Below, in pieces: positions 49,413 to 59,742 of a stretch of 64,000 nt of DNA. Origin of the DNA: Bacilli bacterium (GTDB lineage Bacteria; Bacillota_I; Bacilli_A; RF39; UBA660). A program made the translations under genes and the position numbers. Each line of letters opens with the position of its first letter. Positions within the stretch are counted from its first letter, which is position 1. Location: the NCBI GenBank assembly GCA_017405445.1, contig JAFRAK010000041.1, positions 29,025 to 93,024 of the forward strand. The letters run 5' to 3'. The notes under the pieces were generated by a model. The model was not told the origin of the DNA, made no database searches, and saw only the letters and a program-made list of their open reading frames with translations.

Positions 49413-50726
49413 GTGATATGTATCGATCACTATTTTCACTTTCAGAGTGGAGATATTATTGTAGTTGGTTGTTCTACTGGTCCAGATTCTATGGCTTTAT
49501 TAGATATGTTACTTAATATTAGAGAAAAATATCAATTACAATTAATTGTTGCTCATGTTAATCATAATATTCGTTATGAGAGTTATAATGAAGCAAGATT
49601 TTTAAGAAACTATTGTGAACAACATGCATTATTCTTTGAAGATATGGTTATTGAAGATTATGGAGATGATAATTTTCATAATGAAGCTAGAAATATTAGA
49701 TATCATTTTTTTGATTCTGTTGTTCATAAATATCATGCCAATTATTTGATGACGGCTCATCATGGAGATGATTTGATAGAAACGATTCTTATGAGAATGG
49801 TTCGAGGATCAAACTTAAATGGATATAGTGGTTTTAAAGATGTAGTAGATATGGGTACTTATAAGATTGTTAGACCACTTATTCATTTTACTAAACAAGA
49901 ATTGGAAGATTATGATATTAATCATGGTGTGCCATTTTTTGTTGATGAATCTAATATGAAGGATACCTATACTAGAAATCGCTATAGAAAATATTTGTTA
50001 CCTTTTCTAAAGAGTGAGGATCCTAATGTTCATAAAAAATTCTTAAAATTTAGTAATACAATACAAGAAGCAAATCAATTTATTTCACGTTTTACTGAAA
50101 AAGCATTAAAAAGATGTATAAATGATGATAAAATATTATTGGATCAATTCTTATTAGAAGATGAGTTTATTCAAAAAGAAATATTATTTCAGTATTTAAG
50201 TAATTATTATCAAGATGACTTATTACTTATTAATGATAAACATATTGATTTGATTATGAATATTATTAAGAGTAGAAAAGCTAATATATCTATTAATCTA
50301 CCTAATGAGGTTTTAGCTAAGAAAGAATATAATACCTTATATTTTTCTAGAGATGTAGATACAATTACTAGTTATGAAATTGAATTTGATTCAATAGCAT
50401 TTTTACCAAATAATCATTCTATTGAAAGAATTGAGTCTACTGATTTAAATAATAATTGCATTTGTAGACTTAATAGTAGTGAGATATCTCTTCCTTTAAT
50501 TATTCGTACTAGAAAATTAGGAGATAAGATATCTATGAAAGGAACAAATGGTTCTCGGAAAGTAAAAGATATTTTTATAGATAAAAAAATATCATTACAT
50601 GATAGAGATTTATGGCCAATTGTTTTAGATTCTTTAGGTAATATTGTATGGATTCCTGGAATAAAAAAATCTAAATTTGATAAAACTTTAACAGATAAGT
50701 ATGATATAATATTAAAATATAACTGA
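49413..50726 (+). CDS. tilS: tRNA(Ile)-lysidine synthase
   Basis: STGPDS PP-loop, HVNH, ARNIRY, TAHHGDD..ET, RPL, RNRYR; likely GTG start 49413. Confidence 0.95.
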   Translation: MICIDHYFHFQSGDIIVVGCSTGPDSMALLDMLLNIREKYQLQLIVAHVNHNIRYESYNEARFLRNYCEQHALFFEDMVIEDYGDDNFHNEARNIRYHFFDSVVHKYHANYLMTAHHGDDLIETILMRMVRGSNLNGYSGFKDVVDMGTYKIVRPLIHFTKQELEDYDINHGVPFFVDESNMKDTYTRNRYRKYLLPFLKSEDPNVHKKFLKFSNTIQEANQFISRFTEKALKRCINDDKILLDQFLLEDEFIQKEILFQYLSNYYQDDLLLINDKHIDLIMNIIKSRKANISINLPNEVLAKKEYNTLYFSRDVDTITSYEIEFDSIAFLPNNHSIERIESTDLNNNCICRLNSSEISLPLIIRTRKLGDKISMKGTNGSRKVKDIFIDKKISLHDRDLWPIVLDSLGNIVWIPGIKKSKFDKTLTDKYDIILKYN

Positions 50727-50739
50727 GGAGGAAATAATA

Positions 50740-52713
50740 GTGAATAATGGATTAGATAAAAAGACAATTAAAAAAGGATTATTACCATATGTTTTCATCT
50801 TTGTAATTATGCTTGGAGTATTCTATTTTTATACAATTAATGGATCTGGAAAGCATGATTTTACTTATGATAAATTTATGGATAAATTAGATAGTGGAGA
50901 GATTAATAAACTTCAAGTAGTTACTAGAGGTAGTGGTTATGTTTATGAAGTAACTGGTACTTTAACAGATTATAAAGATGGAGAATATTTTGAAGTTGTT
51001 TTACCACTTAGTGAACATGTAATGGAAAAAATTGTTAAAGCAAGTGATGAACAAGAATTTAAATTAACAGTTAAACCAGATCCAGATGCGAATGGATGGC
51101 TTATTATTCTTGCCAATTTATTACCTATTGTTGGGTTAGTTGCATTTGCTTTTTGGTTCTTTAATAAACAAATGGCTGGAAATAAGAGTTCTTTAGATTT
51201 TGGTAAGAGTAGAGCTAAATTAGATAATGATAGTAATAAAGTAACATTTAAAGATGTTGCTGGATTGAAAGAAGAGAAAGAAGAAGTTAAGGAGTTAATT
51301 GATTTCTTAAAAGCACCAAAGAAATTTCAAAAATTAGGAGCTAGAATTCCTAAAGGAGTTTTATTAATGGGTCCTCCTGGAACAGGTAAAACATTGTTGG
51401 CAAAAGCTGTTGCAGGAGAAGCAGATGTTCCTTTCTACTTTATTAGTGGTTCTGACTTTGTAGAATTATTCGTAGGAGTTGGAGCTTCTCGTGTAAGGGA
51501 TATGTTTAAAGAAGCTAAAAGAAATGCACCTTGTCTTATCTTTATTGATGAAATTGATGCAGTTGGTAGACAAAGAGGTACTGGTTTAGGAGGAGGACAT
51601 GATGAACGTGAACAAACTCTTAACCAATTATTAACAGAGATGGATGGTTTTGGAGCTAATGAAGGTATTATTATCATTGCAGCTACTAATAGACCAGATG
51701 TACTTGACCCTGCTCTTCTTCGTCCTGGAAGATTTGATAGACAAGTTACTGTTAATTTACCTGATGTAAAAGGACGTGAAGAAATTCTTGCTGTTCATGC
51801 TAAAAATAAGATTCTTGCGGATGGAATAACTCTACAAAATCTTGCTAAAAGAACTCCTGGATTTAGTGGAGCAGATCTTGAAAACTTACTTAATGAAGCA
51901 GCTTTACTTGCTGTTCGTCGTAATAAAGAAGTAATTACTATGAGTGAGATTGATGAAGCAACTGATAGAGTATTAATGGGACCTGCTAAGGTTAGTCATA
52001 AATATTCTGAAAATGATAGAAAACTAGTTGCTTATCATGAAGCTGGACATGCTGTTATTGGATTGAAACTTAAGAATGCTAGTGATGTTCAAAAAGTAAC
52101 TATCATTCCAAGAGGTTCTGCTGGTGGATATAACATGATGGTTCCTACGGAAGAAAAATTATGTTCTACTAAGACAGATTTATTAGAGGAAATTACTGGA
52201 TTATTAGGTGGTCGTTCTGCAGAAGAAATCACTTTTGGGGAAATTACTACTGGTGCACATAATGACTTTGAAAAAGCAACTAAGATTGCAAGAGCAATGG
52301 TTACTGAATATGGTATGAGTGATTTAGGGCCACTTCAATTTGAACAACAATCAGGTAGTGTCTTCTTAGGAAGAGATTATAATAAGCCTCAACACTTCTC
52401 TAATGAAGTTGCTAATGAAATTGATATGGAAATGAGAAAGATTATTAATGAATGTCATAAAAAAGCAAAAGAAATCATTAATAAGAATAAAGATTTATTA
52501 AAATTATTGGCAGATACTTTACTTGAGTATGAAACTTTAACAAAAGAACAAATTGATTATTTAGTAGAGCATGGAAAAATGCCTGAAGAAGGCGAAGATA
52601 ATTATGAATCTATGTCTATTACAAAACTTAAGGAAATTGCTAAAGAAAAGGGAATTAAAAACTATTCTAAAATGAATAAAGCAGAGTTATTAAAAGAGTT
52701 AAGTGAACAATAA
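50740..52713 (+). CDS. ftsH: ATP-dependent zinc metalloprotease FtsH with C-terminal Rho_N-like domain
   Basis: Two TMs, [29 protein letters not shown]. Confidence 0.98.
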   Translation: MNNGLDKKTIKKGLLPYVFIFVIMLGVFYFYTINGSGKHDFTYDKFMDKLDSGEINKLQVVTRGSGYVYEVTGTLTDYKDGEYFEVVLPLSEHVMEKIVKASDEQEFKLTVKPDPDANGWLIILANLLPIVGLVAFAFWFFNKQMAGNKSSLDFGKSRAKLDNDSNKVTFKDVAGLKEEKEEVKELIDFLKAPKKFQKLGARIPKGVLLMGPPGTGKTLLAKAVAGEADVPFYFISGSDFVELFVGVGASRVRDMFKEAKRNAPCLIFIDEIDAVGRQRGTGLGGGHDEREQTLNQLLTEMDGFGANEGIIIIAATNRPDVLDPALLRPGRFDRQVTVNLPDVKGREEILAVHAKNKILADGITLQNLAKRTPGFSGADLENLLNEAALLAVRRNKEVITMSEIDEATDRVLMGPAKVSHKYSENDRKLVAYHEAGHAVIGLKLKNASDVQKVTIIPRGSAGGYNMMVPTEEKLCSTKTDLLEEITGLLGGRSAEEITFGEITTGAHNDFEKATKIARAMVTEYGMSDLGPLQFEQQSGSVFLGRDYNKPQHFSNEVANEIDMEMRKIINECHKKAKEIINKNKDLLKLLADTLLEYETLTKEQIDYLVEHGKMPEEGEDNYESMSITKLKEIAKEKGIKNYSKMNKAELLKELSEQ

Positions 52714-52739
52714 ACTATTGAATATTCAATAGTTTTTTT
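52712..52739 (+). terminator. Intrinsic terminator after ftsH
   Basis: AAACTATTGA/TCAATAGTTT plus T-run. Confidence 0.75.
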
Positions 52740-52795
52740 GTTGTATAAAATATTCTTTTATATTATAATATAATAAGATATGATAGGGTGATTGT

Positions 52796-54298
52796 ATGAA
52801 AAGAATATTTATTTTAATAATTATATCTTTATTGTTATTTCCATGTGTTGTTAAGGCTAAAGAGTATTGTAAAGTAGTTAGTGGAGATGGCCATAGTTTA
52901 GGAAGTGAGATTGCTTGTGGCTCTGAACACTTTTATATTATTGAATCTAATGACAATGAAATAAAAATGCTTGCAAAATATAATTTGAATACAGGTGTTA
53001 CAATTTATAAAGATAAAATAGTAAAAGAAGATGGGGATACTAGAAGTGATAGTGATTATTGTCAAGATTTAGCTGCTTCAAAAGGTGGTATAGTTAAAAG
53101 TGATGGCTTTTATAATGCTCCTGGTTATTGTTTTTATGCTGTTAATAATATTGATTATGTTTACTCTGAATCATTTTCTTTAGATGAAAATGTCTCTACT
53201 TATAGCGAGGCTTATGATATTTGTACTGAAAAGATTATGGATTCAGATTCTACTTATATTTCTTGGGGTGATTACCATAGTAATGATGGTCAAGTAATAT
53301 GTTATCCTTATGTTTTATCTTCTCCTATATTACAATCTGAAGAAGCAAAAAGTGCACATTGGGATGCAGAATTAAATTATCTCTATCCTCAAGTTGGAGA
53401 TGTTTATATACCAAGCAACTATGGAACAAGATATAATGATCCAATACAAGAACAATCCAATTTTTATGACTATGATGTTAAAACCTCAGAGAATTCTTTT
53501 GCGGGTACTGCTCGTATAAATACTGTTGTTAGAGAATATGAATTAGAATTAAAACGTATGGGATTTGAAGTTGAAAATGTTTCTATGTTTCCTCTTTCTA
53601 AACTAGATGATTTAATATATAGATTTTCAAATGAACATTTACCTCTTTTAGATTGGGAAAATCATCCTATATCTGATAGAGATAACCAACAGTCTATGAC
53701 TTTTGGCAATTTGAAGCCATATATTCCTGAAGAATATTCTTGGCTGTATTCTACTACTTATTGGAATCAATCTTTATTCAAAAATAATGATGTTTATGGT
53801 GGAGGGTATTATATCTTTACTGCTGAACAAGGAAAACTTTGTGGAGCAGGATTTGATGCTTGTGCTCCTGAAACAACTTTAGGTTGCGGAGTTCGTCCAT
53901 ATATTACTATATCTAATGAAATTAAATATAGTATTGATGTTGATAAAGATGATAATGGAGATGTAGAAGTAGTAGATTCCTCTTTAAGTGGAGGAGAAGT
54001 GTCTTTTAAGGTAAAACCAAAATCAGGATATAAACTAGCAAGTCTTGTTTTAAAAAAAGCCAATGGTGAAGTGATTGAGATAAGTTCTGATGATTTAATT
54101 GAAAACGAAGATGGAACTGTTACTACTTTAAATCACTTTGTGATGCCTAAAGAAAATGTTATAATAACGGTTCGTTGGGTAGTGTCTGACACTTTTATTA
54201 ATCCTCAAACAAGAAATGTTTTCTTTATTATTTTTTGTTTTATCGCAATTAGTTGTAGTATTTTTGGACTTCATTATATTAAAAAGCAAAGAGTATAA
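52796..54298 (+). CDS. Cys-rich cell-surface protein with lectin-like (YW...GVRP) domain, a bacterial Ig-like/B-repeat and a sortase-like anchor
   Basis: Signal peptide ending VKA; LYSTTYW...GCGVRPYITI; GEVSFKVKPKSGYKL...FVMPKENV; NPQT + TM + KKQR tail. Confidence 0.7.
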   Translation: MKRIFILIIISLLLFPCVVKAKEYCKVVSGDGHSLGSEIACGSEHFYIIESNDNEIKMLAKYNLNTGVTIYKDKIVKEDGDTRSDSDYCQDLAASKGGIVKSDGFYNAPGYCFYAVNNIDYVYSESFSLDENVSTYSEAYDICTEKIMDSDSTYISWGDYHSNDGQVICYPYVLSSPILQSEEAKSAHWDAELNYLYPQVGDVYIPSNYGTRYNDPIQEQSNFYDYDVKTSENSFAGTARINTVVREYELELKRMGFEVENVSMFPLSKLDDLIYRFSNEHLPLLDWENHPISDRDNQQSMTFGNLKPYIPEEYSWLYSTTYWNQSLFKNNDVYGGGYYIFTAEQGKLCGAGFDACAPETTLGCGVRPYITISNEIKYSIDVDKDDNGDVEVVDSSLSGGEVSFKVKPKSGYKLASLVLKKANGEVIEISSDDLIENEDGTVTTLNHFVMPKENVIITVRWVVSDTFINPQTRNVFFIIFCFIAISCSIFGLHYIKKQRV

Positions 54299-54366
54299 TT
54301 ATTCTTTGTTTTTTTATTGAAATTAATAATTTTTTATATTATTATATAATTTATAGGAGGGATACT

Positions 54367-54762
54367 ATGAAAGAAAAAGGAAAGGGACTTTTTGAGGAGT
54401 TTAAGAAATTTGTATTACGTGGAAATGTATTAGATTTATCTGTTGGTGTTATTATTGGTACTGCTTTCGCTGGATTAATTGGAGCATTTACAGATGATTT
54501 TATTAATCCATTAATTAATGGTATTGGTGGTGCAGAAGTTGCTGGTAGAATTAAGATTTATGGTGGACAATATCTAAACTGGGGACATTTTGTAACTCAA
54601 ATTATTAATTTCTTAATTATGGCTTTTGTTCTATTCTTAATTTTAAAATCAGTTAATAAATTGATGAGTCTTGGTAAGAAGAAAGAAGAAGCAGCTCCTA
54701 AAAAATCTGATGAAGTTGTTTTACTTGAACAAATTCGTGATGAATTAAAGAAGAGAAAATAA
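54367..54762 (+). CDS. mscL: Large-conductance mechanosensitive channel
   Basis: EFKKFVLRGNVLDLSVGVIIGTAF, LLEQIRD. Confidence 0.97.
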   Translation: MKEKGKGLFEEFKKFVLRGNVLDLSVGVIIGTAFAGLIGAFTDDFINPLINGIGGAEVAGRIKIYGGQYLNWGHFVTQIINFLIMAFVLFLILKSVNKLMSLGKKKEEAAPKKSDEVVLLEQIRDELKKRK

Positions 54763-54896
54763 TAAGAGGAAGATATATTTAATATATCTTTTTTTCTTGT
54801 AAAAAAATATTTTTTGTACTATAATACCAAGTCGTTAGGAATTGTCATTCTACTTATTTTATTATATACTATGCATGAATAGTAAAGAGGTTTATT

Positions 54897-55871
54897 ATGG
54901 AATGGAAAATAGGAAATGTTACAATTAAAAACCAAATTGTTTTAGCACCTATGGCTGGTATTTGTAATTCTGCTTATCGTAGAATTTGTAAAGAGATGGG
55001 TTGCGGATTAATCTATGCTGAAATGGTCAGTGATAAAGCAATTACTTTTCAAAATAAAAAAACATTAGATATGCTTACTATGACTGATTTTGAAAGACCT
55101 TTAGTTCAACAAATCTTTGGTACAGATATAGATTCTTTTGTTACTGCTGCAAAATATATTGAAGAGAATATGAAACCAGATATTATTGATATTAATATGG
55201 GTTGTCCTGTTCCTAAAGTAGCATTACGTGCTCAAGCAGGTGCAGCGTTATTAAAAAATCCTAATAAGATTTATGAAATTGTTAAAGCTGTTGTTGATGC
55301 TGTTTCTATTCCTGTTACAGTTAAGATTAGAAGTGGATGGGATATGGATCATATTAATGCAGTAGAGGTTGCAAAATTAATAGAAAAAGCAGGAGCAAGT
55401 GCTATATGTGTTCATCCTAGAACAAGAAGTCAGGGATACAGTGGAAAAGCAGATTGGAGTATTATTAAATTAGTTAAAGAAAATGTATCTATTCCTGTTA
55501 TTGGAAATGGTGATGTAAAAAAACCAGAAGATGTACTTCGAATGTTAGATGAAACAAAATGTGATGCAGTAATGATTGGTAGAGGAGTACTTGGAAATCC
55601 TTGGTTAATTCGAGATAGTATAGCTTTATTAGATGGAAAAGATATTCCTCCTGTGACTGTTGAAGATAGAGTTGATATGTGTTTAAAACATTTATCTTAT
55701 TTGATGGAATTAAAAAGTGAAAAACTTGCTTGTTTGGAAATTAGAAGTCATATTTCATGGTATTTTAAAGGAGTTTCTGGATGCAATGAATTGAAAAATA
55801 AAATCTATCAAACTTCTAATATTCATGATATAATTTCTTTATTAAAAGAATTTAAGGAGAGTTGTCTATGA
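54897..55871 (+). CDS. dusB: tRNA-dihydrouridine synthase DusB
   Basis: LAPMAG, DINMGCP, TVKIRSG, GNGD, MIGRG.LGNPW. Confidence 0.95.
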   Translation: MEWKIGNVTIKNQIVLAPMAGICNSAYRRICKEMGCGLIYAEMVSDKAITFQNKKTLDMLTMTDFERPLVQQIFGTDIDSFVTAAKYIEENMKPDIIDINMGCPVPKVALRAQAGAALLKNPNKIYEIVKAVVDAVSIPVTVKIRSGWDMDHINAVEVAKLIEKAGASAICVHPRTRSQGYSGKADWSIIKLVKENVSIPVIGNGDVKKPEDVLRMLDETKCDAVMIGRGVLGNPWLIRDSIALLDGKDIPPVTVEDRVDMCLKHLSYLMELKSEKLACLEIRSHISWYFKGVSGCNELKNKIYQTSNIHDIISLLKEFKESCL

Positions 55872-56476
55872 AAGGTGAAAAAGCTAGTTTTATGAGTAGA
55901 ATTTGTGCATTCTTTTTAGATATGTTAATTGTATCTTTAATTGCTTCTTTACTAGCTACTCCATTTGTATCGAAAGAAAAAATGGAAAGTCTTAATGAAG
56001 ATTATGAAAAGATTGTTGAAAAAATACAAACTCAAGAATTAAATCTACATGAATATACTGTTGAGGTTGCAAACTTACGCTATGAAGTTATTCGTGTGAA
56101 TGGTATGGGTACAATTATTAATATTTTAATAGGAATGTTTTGGTTTGTTCTGATGCCTTTATATTTGGGAGGACAAACTTTAGGAAAAAAGATATTAAAA
56201 ATAAAAATGATATCTGACAAAGATGATTTAACTGCAAATCAATTACTTGTAAGAAGTATGATAGGGAATTCCTTTTTATTTGATTTGTTAGGGATTTTGG
56301 AAGTATTACTATTTCCGAAATATATATTCTATTATTGTCATTGGATATTGCTATTTGTTCCATATATTTTGATGTTTGTTTCTGTGATTATGGTTTTAGT
56401 ATCAAAGGATGGAAGAGCAATACATGATTATTTAGGACATACAAAAGTTGTTAAGATTAAGGAGATGAAAATATGA
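55868..56476 (+). CDS. RDD family membrane protein
   Basis: RICAFFLD, GQTLGKK, RAIHD..T.VV. Confidence 0.9.
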   Translation: MKGEKASFMSRICAFFLDMLIVSLIASLLATPFVSKEKMESLNEDYEKIVEKIQTQELNLHEYTVEVANLRYEVIRVNGMGTIINILIGMFWFVLMPLYLGGQTLGKKILKIKMISDKDDLTANQLLVRSMIGNSFLFDLLGILEVLLFPKYIFYYCHWILLFVPYILMFVSVIMVLVSKDGRAIHDYLGHTKVVKIKEMKI

Positions 56477-57963
56477 GAGAATTTAGTGAACAAGAATTAG
56501 TTCGTAGAGAAAAAAGAGATATGATAAGAAGTCTTGGTTTGGATCCCTTTGGTAGTCGTTATGATCGAGAAGATTTTGCCAAGGATATTGTAGAAAAATA
56601 TAAAGATGTTGATCATGATGCATTTGAAAATATGAGTGATACTGCTAAAGTTGCAGGTAGAATCATGTTTATTCGTAGAATGGGGAAGGCATCTTTCTTT
56701 ACGATTCAAGATAAAACTGGACAAATTCAAGTATATATTTCAATTAACGATGTTGGAGAAAATAATTATGATTTGTTTAAATCTGCAGATATTGGAGATA
56801 TTGTAGGAGTATATGGAAAAGTAATGAAGACTAGAACTGGTGAAGTTACAATTAAATGTTTAGAGTATACTCATTTAGTTAAAGCTTTAAGACCTTTACC
56901 AGAAAAATTTCATGGTCTTACAGATGTAGAAGAAAGATATCGTAGAAGATATGTTGATTTAATGATGAATGAAGATTCTAGAAATGTTGCTTTCTTAAGA
57001 CCAAGAATTATTAGATGCATTCAAAATTTTATGGATAATCGTGGATTTACGGAAGTAGAAACACCTGTTTTAACTACATTACTTACAGGAGCTGCTGCTA
57101 GACCATTTGTTACTCATCATAATGCTCAAGACTTGGATATGTATTTAAGAATTGCTTTAGAGTTACCTTTAAAAAGATTATTAGTTGGTGGAATGGAAGC
57201 AGTTTATGAAATTGGTAGAACATTTAGAAATGAAGGGATGGATACTAGACATAATCCTGAGTTTACTTTAATGGAAGCATATCTTGCTTATAGTGATTTA
57301 GAAGGTATGATGGAATTAACAGAAGCTATGTTTACTACGATTGCTAGAGAAGTATTTGGTAAAATGATTTTTAAATTTTCTGGATATGATATTAATCTTG
57401 AAGAACCTTGGAAAAGAATTAGTATGACTGATGCTATTAAAGAAAAAACAGGAATTGATTTTAAGGCAATTACTAGTTTAGATGAATGTTTAAAATTAGC
57501 AGATGAACATAATATAACTTTAGAAGAACATGAAAAAACATATGGTCATATCATTAACAAGTTCTTTGAAGAGTATGTAGAAGATTCATTAGTTCAACCT
57601 ACATTCTTATATGGACATCCTATTGAAATTTCTCCACTAACAAAGAAAAATAAAGATGATCCTAGATTTGTTGATCGTTTCGAATTATTTATAGGTGGAA
57701 AAGAATTTGCTAATGCATATACTGAGTTAAATGATCCAGATGATCAGTTAGAGAGATTTGATGCACAACTTGCTGAAAGAGATTTAGGAAATGATGAAGC
57801 TAATGATATTGATATGGATTTTATAGAAGCATTAGAATATGGTATGCCTCCAACTGGTGGAATTGGTTATGGAATTGATCGTTTAATGATGCTATTTACG
57901 GAACAAGAATCAATTCGAGATGTTTTATTATTTCCAACTATGAGGGAAAAAAAGAGAGATTAG
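56473..57963 (+). CDS. lysS: Lysine--tRNA ligase (class II)
   Basis: RPLPEKFHG, RYRRRYVDL, FRNEG..HNPEF, YGMPPTGG.G.GIDR. Confidence 0.98.
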   Translation: MREFSEQELVRREKRDMIRSLGLDPFGSRYDREDFAKDIVEKYKDVDHDAFENMSDTAKVAGRIMFIRRMGKASFFTIQDKTGQIQVYISINDVGENNYDLFKSADIGDIVGVYGKVMKTRTGEVTIKCLEYTHLVKALRPLPEKFHGLTDVEERYRRRYVDLMMNEDSRNVAFLRPRIIRCIQNFMDNRGFTEVETPVLTTLLTGAAARPFVTHHNAQDLDMYLRIALELPLKRLLVGGMEAVYEIGRTFRNEGMDTRHNPEFTLMEAYLAYSDLEGMMELTEAMFTTIAREVFGKMIFKFSGYDINLEEPWKRISMTDAIKEKTGIDFKAITSLDECLKLADEHNITLEEHEKTYGHIINKFFEEYVEDSLVQPTFLYGHPIEISPLTKKNKDDPRFVDRFELFIGGKEFANAYTELNDPDDQLERFDAQLAERDLGNDEANDIDMDFIEALEYGMPPTGGIGYGIDRLMMLFTEQESIRDVLLFPTMREKKRD

Positions 57964-58046
57964 TTATTTGAATTAATTATGAAATATTTGTGAAATACTT
58001 GTAAAATAAGAACAATTTAGTTTATAATATTTTTGGGAGGTCAATT

Positions 58047-59660
58047 ATGAAAAAACATAATACAGTCAAAGTCGTTCTAATTACTATTTTAGTATTACTA
58101 TTACTTACTTGGATTTTTCCAGCTGCTTACTATTCAGGTCAGTATGTAGATCAAGGACGCGTACAAATGGGATTATCAGAATTGTTTAATTATCCAATGA
58201 CAGTTATTTCTTACTTTGGACATATTGCAATATTGATTATCTTTGTAGGAAGTTTCTATGGAATTTTATATAAAATTCCTGCTTATCGTAAATTTTTAGA
58301 TAAGATTGTTTCATTATTTAAAGGAAAGGAATTTTGGTTCTTATCAATTGTTACAGTATTACTTGCATTAGGTGTTAGTTTTGCTGGTATCCAATTAGGA
58401 TTAGCATTATTTATTCCATTTTTTGTATCATTGATATTATTAATGGGATATGATAAGAAAGTTGCTGCTTTAGTTGTAGTTGGTGGAATTTCAGCAGGAT
58501 TTGTTGGAACAACATTTGCAGCAAATAATACAAGTTTATTAACAAGTTTACTTTCTTTAAAATATGATTTTCAAATTGGAGTTAGATTTGTAATATTACT
58601 AGTTGCTATAGTATTAGTATTATTCAATATTCTTATGTATGCAAAAACATCTACTAAGAAGAAAGTATTAGTAGTTGAAGAGAAAAAAGAGGATTCTAAT
58701 AAGAAAGTAGAAATAGATACTCAAAAAGTTGAAACTAAAACGGCTTCTAAGAGTAAAACTACTAAAACAAAATCTGTTCGTGTATCTAAGAATACAAAAT
58801 CATCTTCAAAAAATAAAAATCATAATAAAGCAGCATTAAGAGATGAAGATATTTTAGTTATTAAAGAGAATGTATTTTCTAAAGGTGAAAATGATGATTA
58901 TTTAATACCTAGTAGAGTTGAATCTAAAAATAGAATTTGGCCATTTACTTTATTCTTCTCATTATTATTTGTACTATTAGTACTTGCATTTATTAGTTGG
59001 GGAGATGCTGGATTTGGTGTAAAATTCTTTGATGATTTAACTTCAAAATTCCAAGAATTTGAATTATTTGGATTCCCAATATTTGCAAAGGTATATGGTT
59101 CTATTAATTCGTTTGGTAATTGGTCAGTAATTGATTTATTCTTACCAATGGCATTAGTAATTCTAATTTTATCAATTATTTATAAGATTAAACTAAATGA
59201 TATATTTGATGGTGCTGTTGAAGGTGCTAAGAAAGCTGCTGCTCCAGCATTTGTAGTTGTGTTAGTATATACAGTATTAGTGCTTACTACTTATCATCCA
59301 TTCCAATTACCTATTTATAAAGTAATTCTTGGTTGGACAAAAGGATTTAATATTATTACTACTACACTTGTAACATTCTTATCTGCATTCTTTAATATTG
59401 AACCAGCTTATGTATTCCAAGGAGTATTACCTTATTATGTAACTGTTGTTACGAAAGCTGCAGATTATCCATTAGTTGGAGTAATTGCTCAATCTATGTA
59501 TGGAGTTGTAAGTTTATTTGCTCCTACAAGTTTAGTTTTAATGGTAGTATTATCTTACTTAAAGGTATCTTACAAAGATTGGTTAAAGACTGTATGGAAA
59601 TTATTATTAGAATTATTTGTTGTATTATTAATAATTTTCATTATCTTAGCTTTACTATAA
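58047..59660 (+). CDS. YfcC/AbgT-like (ion transporter superfamily) membrane transporter, divergent
   Basis: LTWIFPAAYY, MGYD, Q..YG..FAPTS..LSYLKVSYKDWLK..WK C-terminal pattern; ~12 TMs. Confidence 0.75.
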   Translation: MKKHNTVKVVLITILVLLLLTWIFPAAYYSGQYVDQGRVQMGLSELFNYPMTVISYFGHIAILIIFVGSFYGILYKIPAYRKFLDKIVSLFKGKEFWFLSIVTVLLALGVSFAGIQLGLALFIPFFVSLILLMGYDKKVAALVVVGGISAGFVGTTFAANNTSLLTSLLSLKYDFQIGVRFVILLVAIVLVLFNILMYAKTSTKKKVLVVEEKKEDSNKKVEIDTQKVETKTASKSKTTKTKSVRVSKNTKSSSKNKNHNKAALRDEDILVIKENVFSKGENDDYLIPSRVESKNRIWPFTLFFSLLFVLLVLAFISWGDAGFGVKFFDDLTSKFQEFELFGFPIFAKVYGSINSFGNWSVIDLFLPMALVILILSIIYKIKLNDIFDGAVEGAKKAAAPAFVVVLVYTVLVLTTYHPFQLPIYKVILGWTKGFNIITTTLVTFLSAFFNIEPAYVFQGVLPYYVTVVTKAADYPLVGVIAQSMYGVVSLFAPTSLVLMVVLSYLKVSYKDWLKTVWKLLLELFVVLLIIFIILALL

Positions 59661-59666
59661 TAATTT

Positions 59667-59696
59667 TTAGAGAAGTGAACACTTCTCTTTTTTTTG
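59667..59696 (+). terminator. Intrinsic terminator
   Basis: AGAGAAGTG-AA-CACTTCTCT plus T-run. Confidence 0.8.
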
Positions 59697-59742
59697 TTTC
59701 TTTTTTTAAAATCTTTGATATAATAAGTGCAGGTGATTTTAT

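Noticed and set aside
54826-54896. Possible structured leader before dusB
   Set aside because: Only weak AU pairing and no recognisable riboswitch motif.
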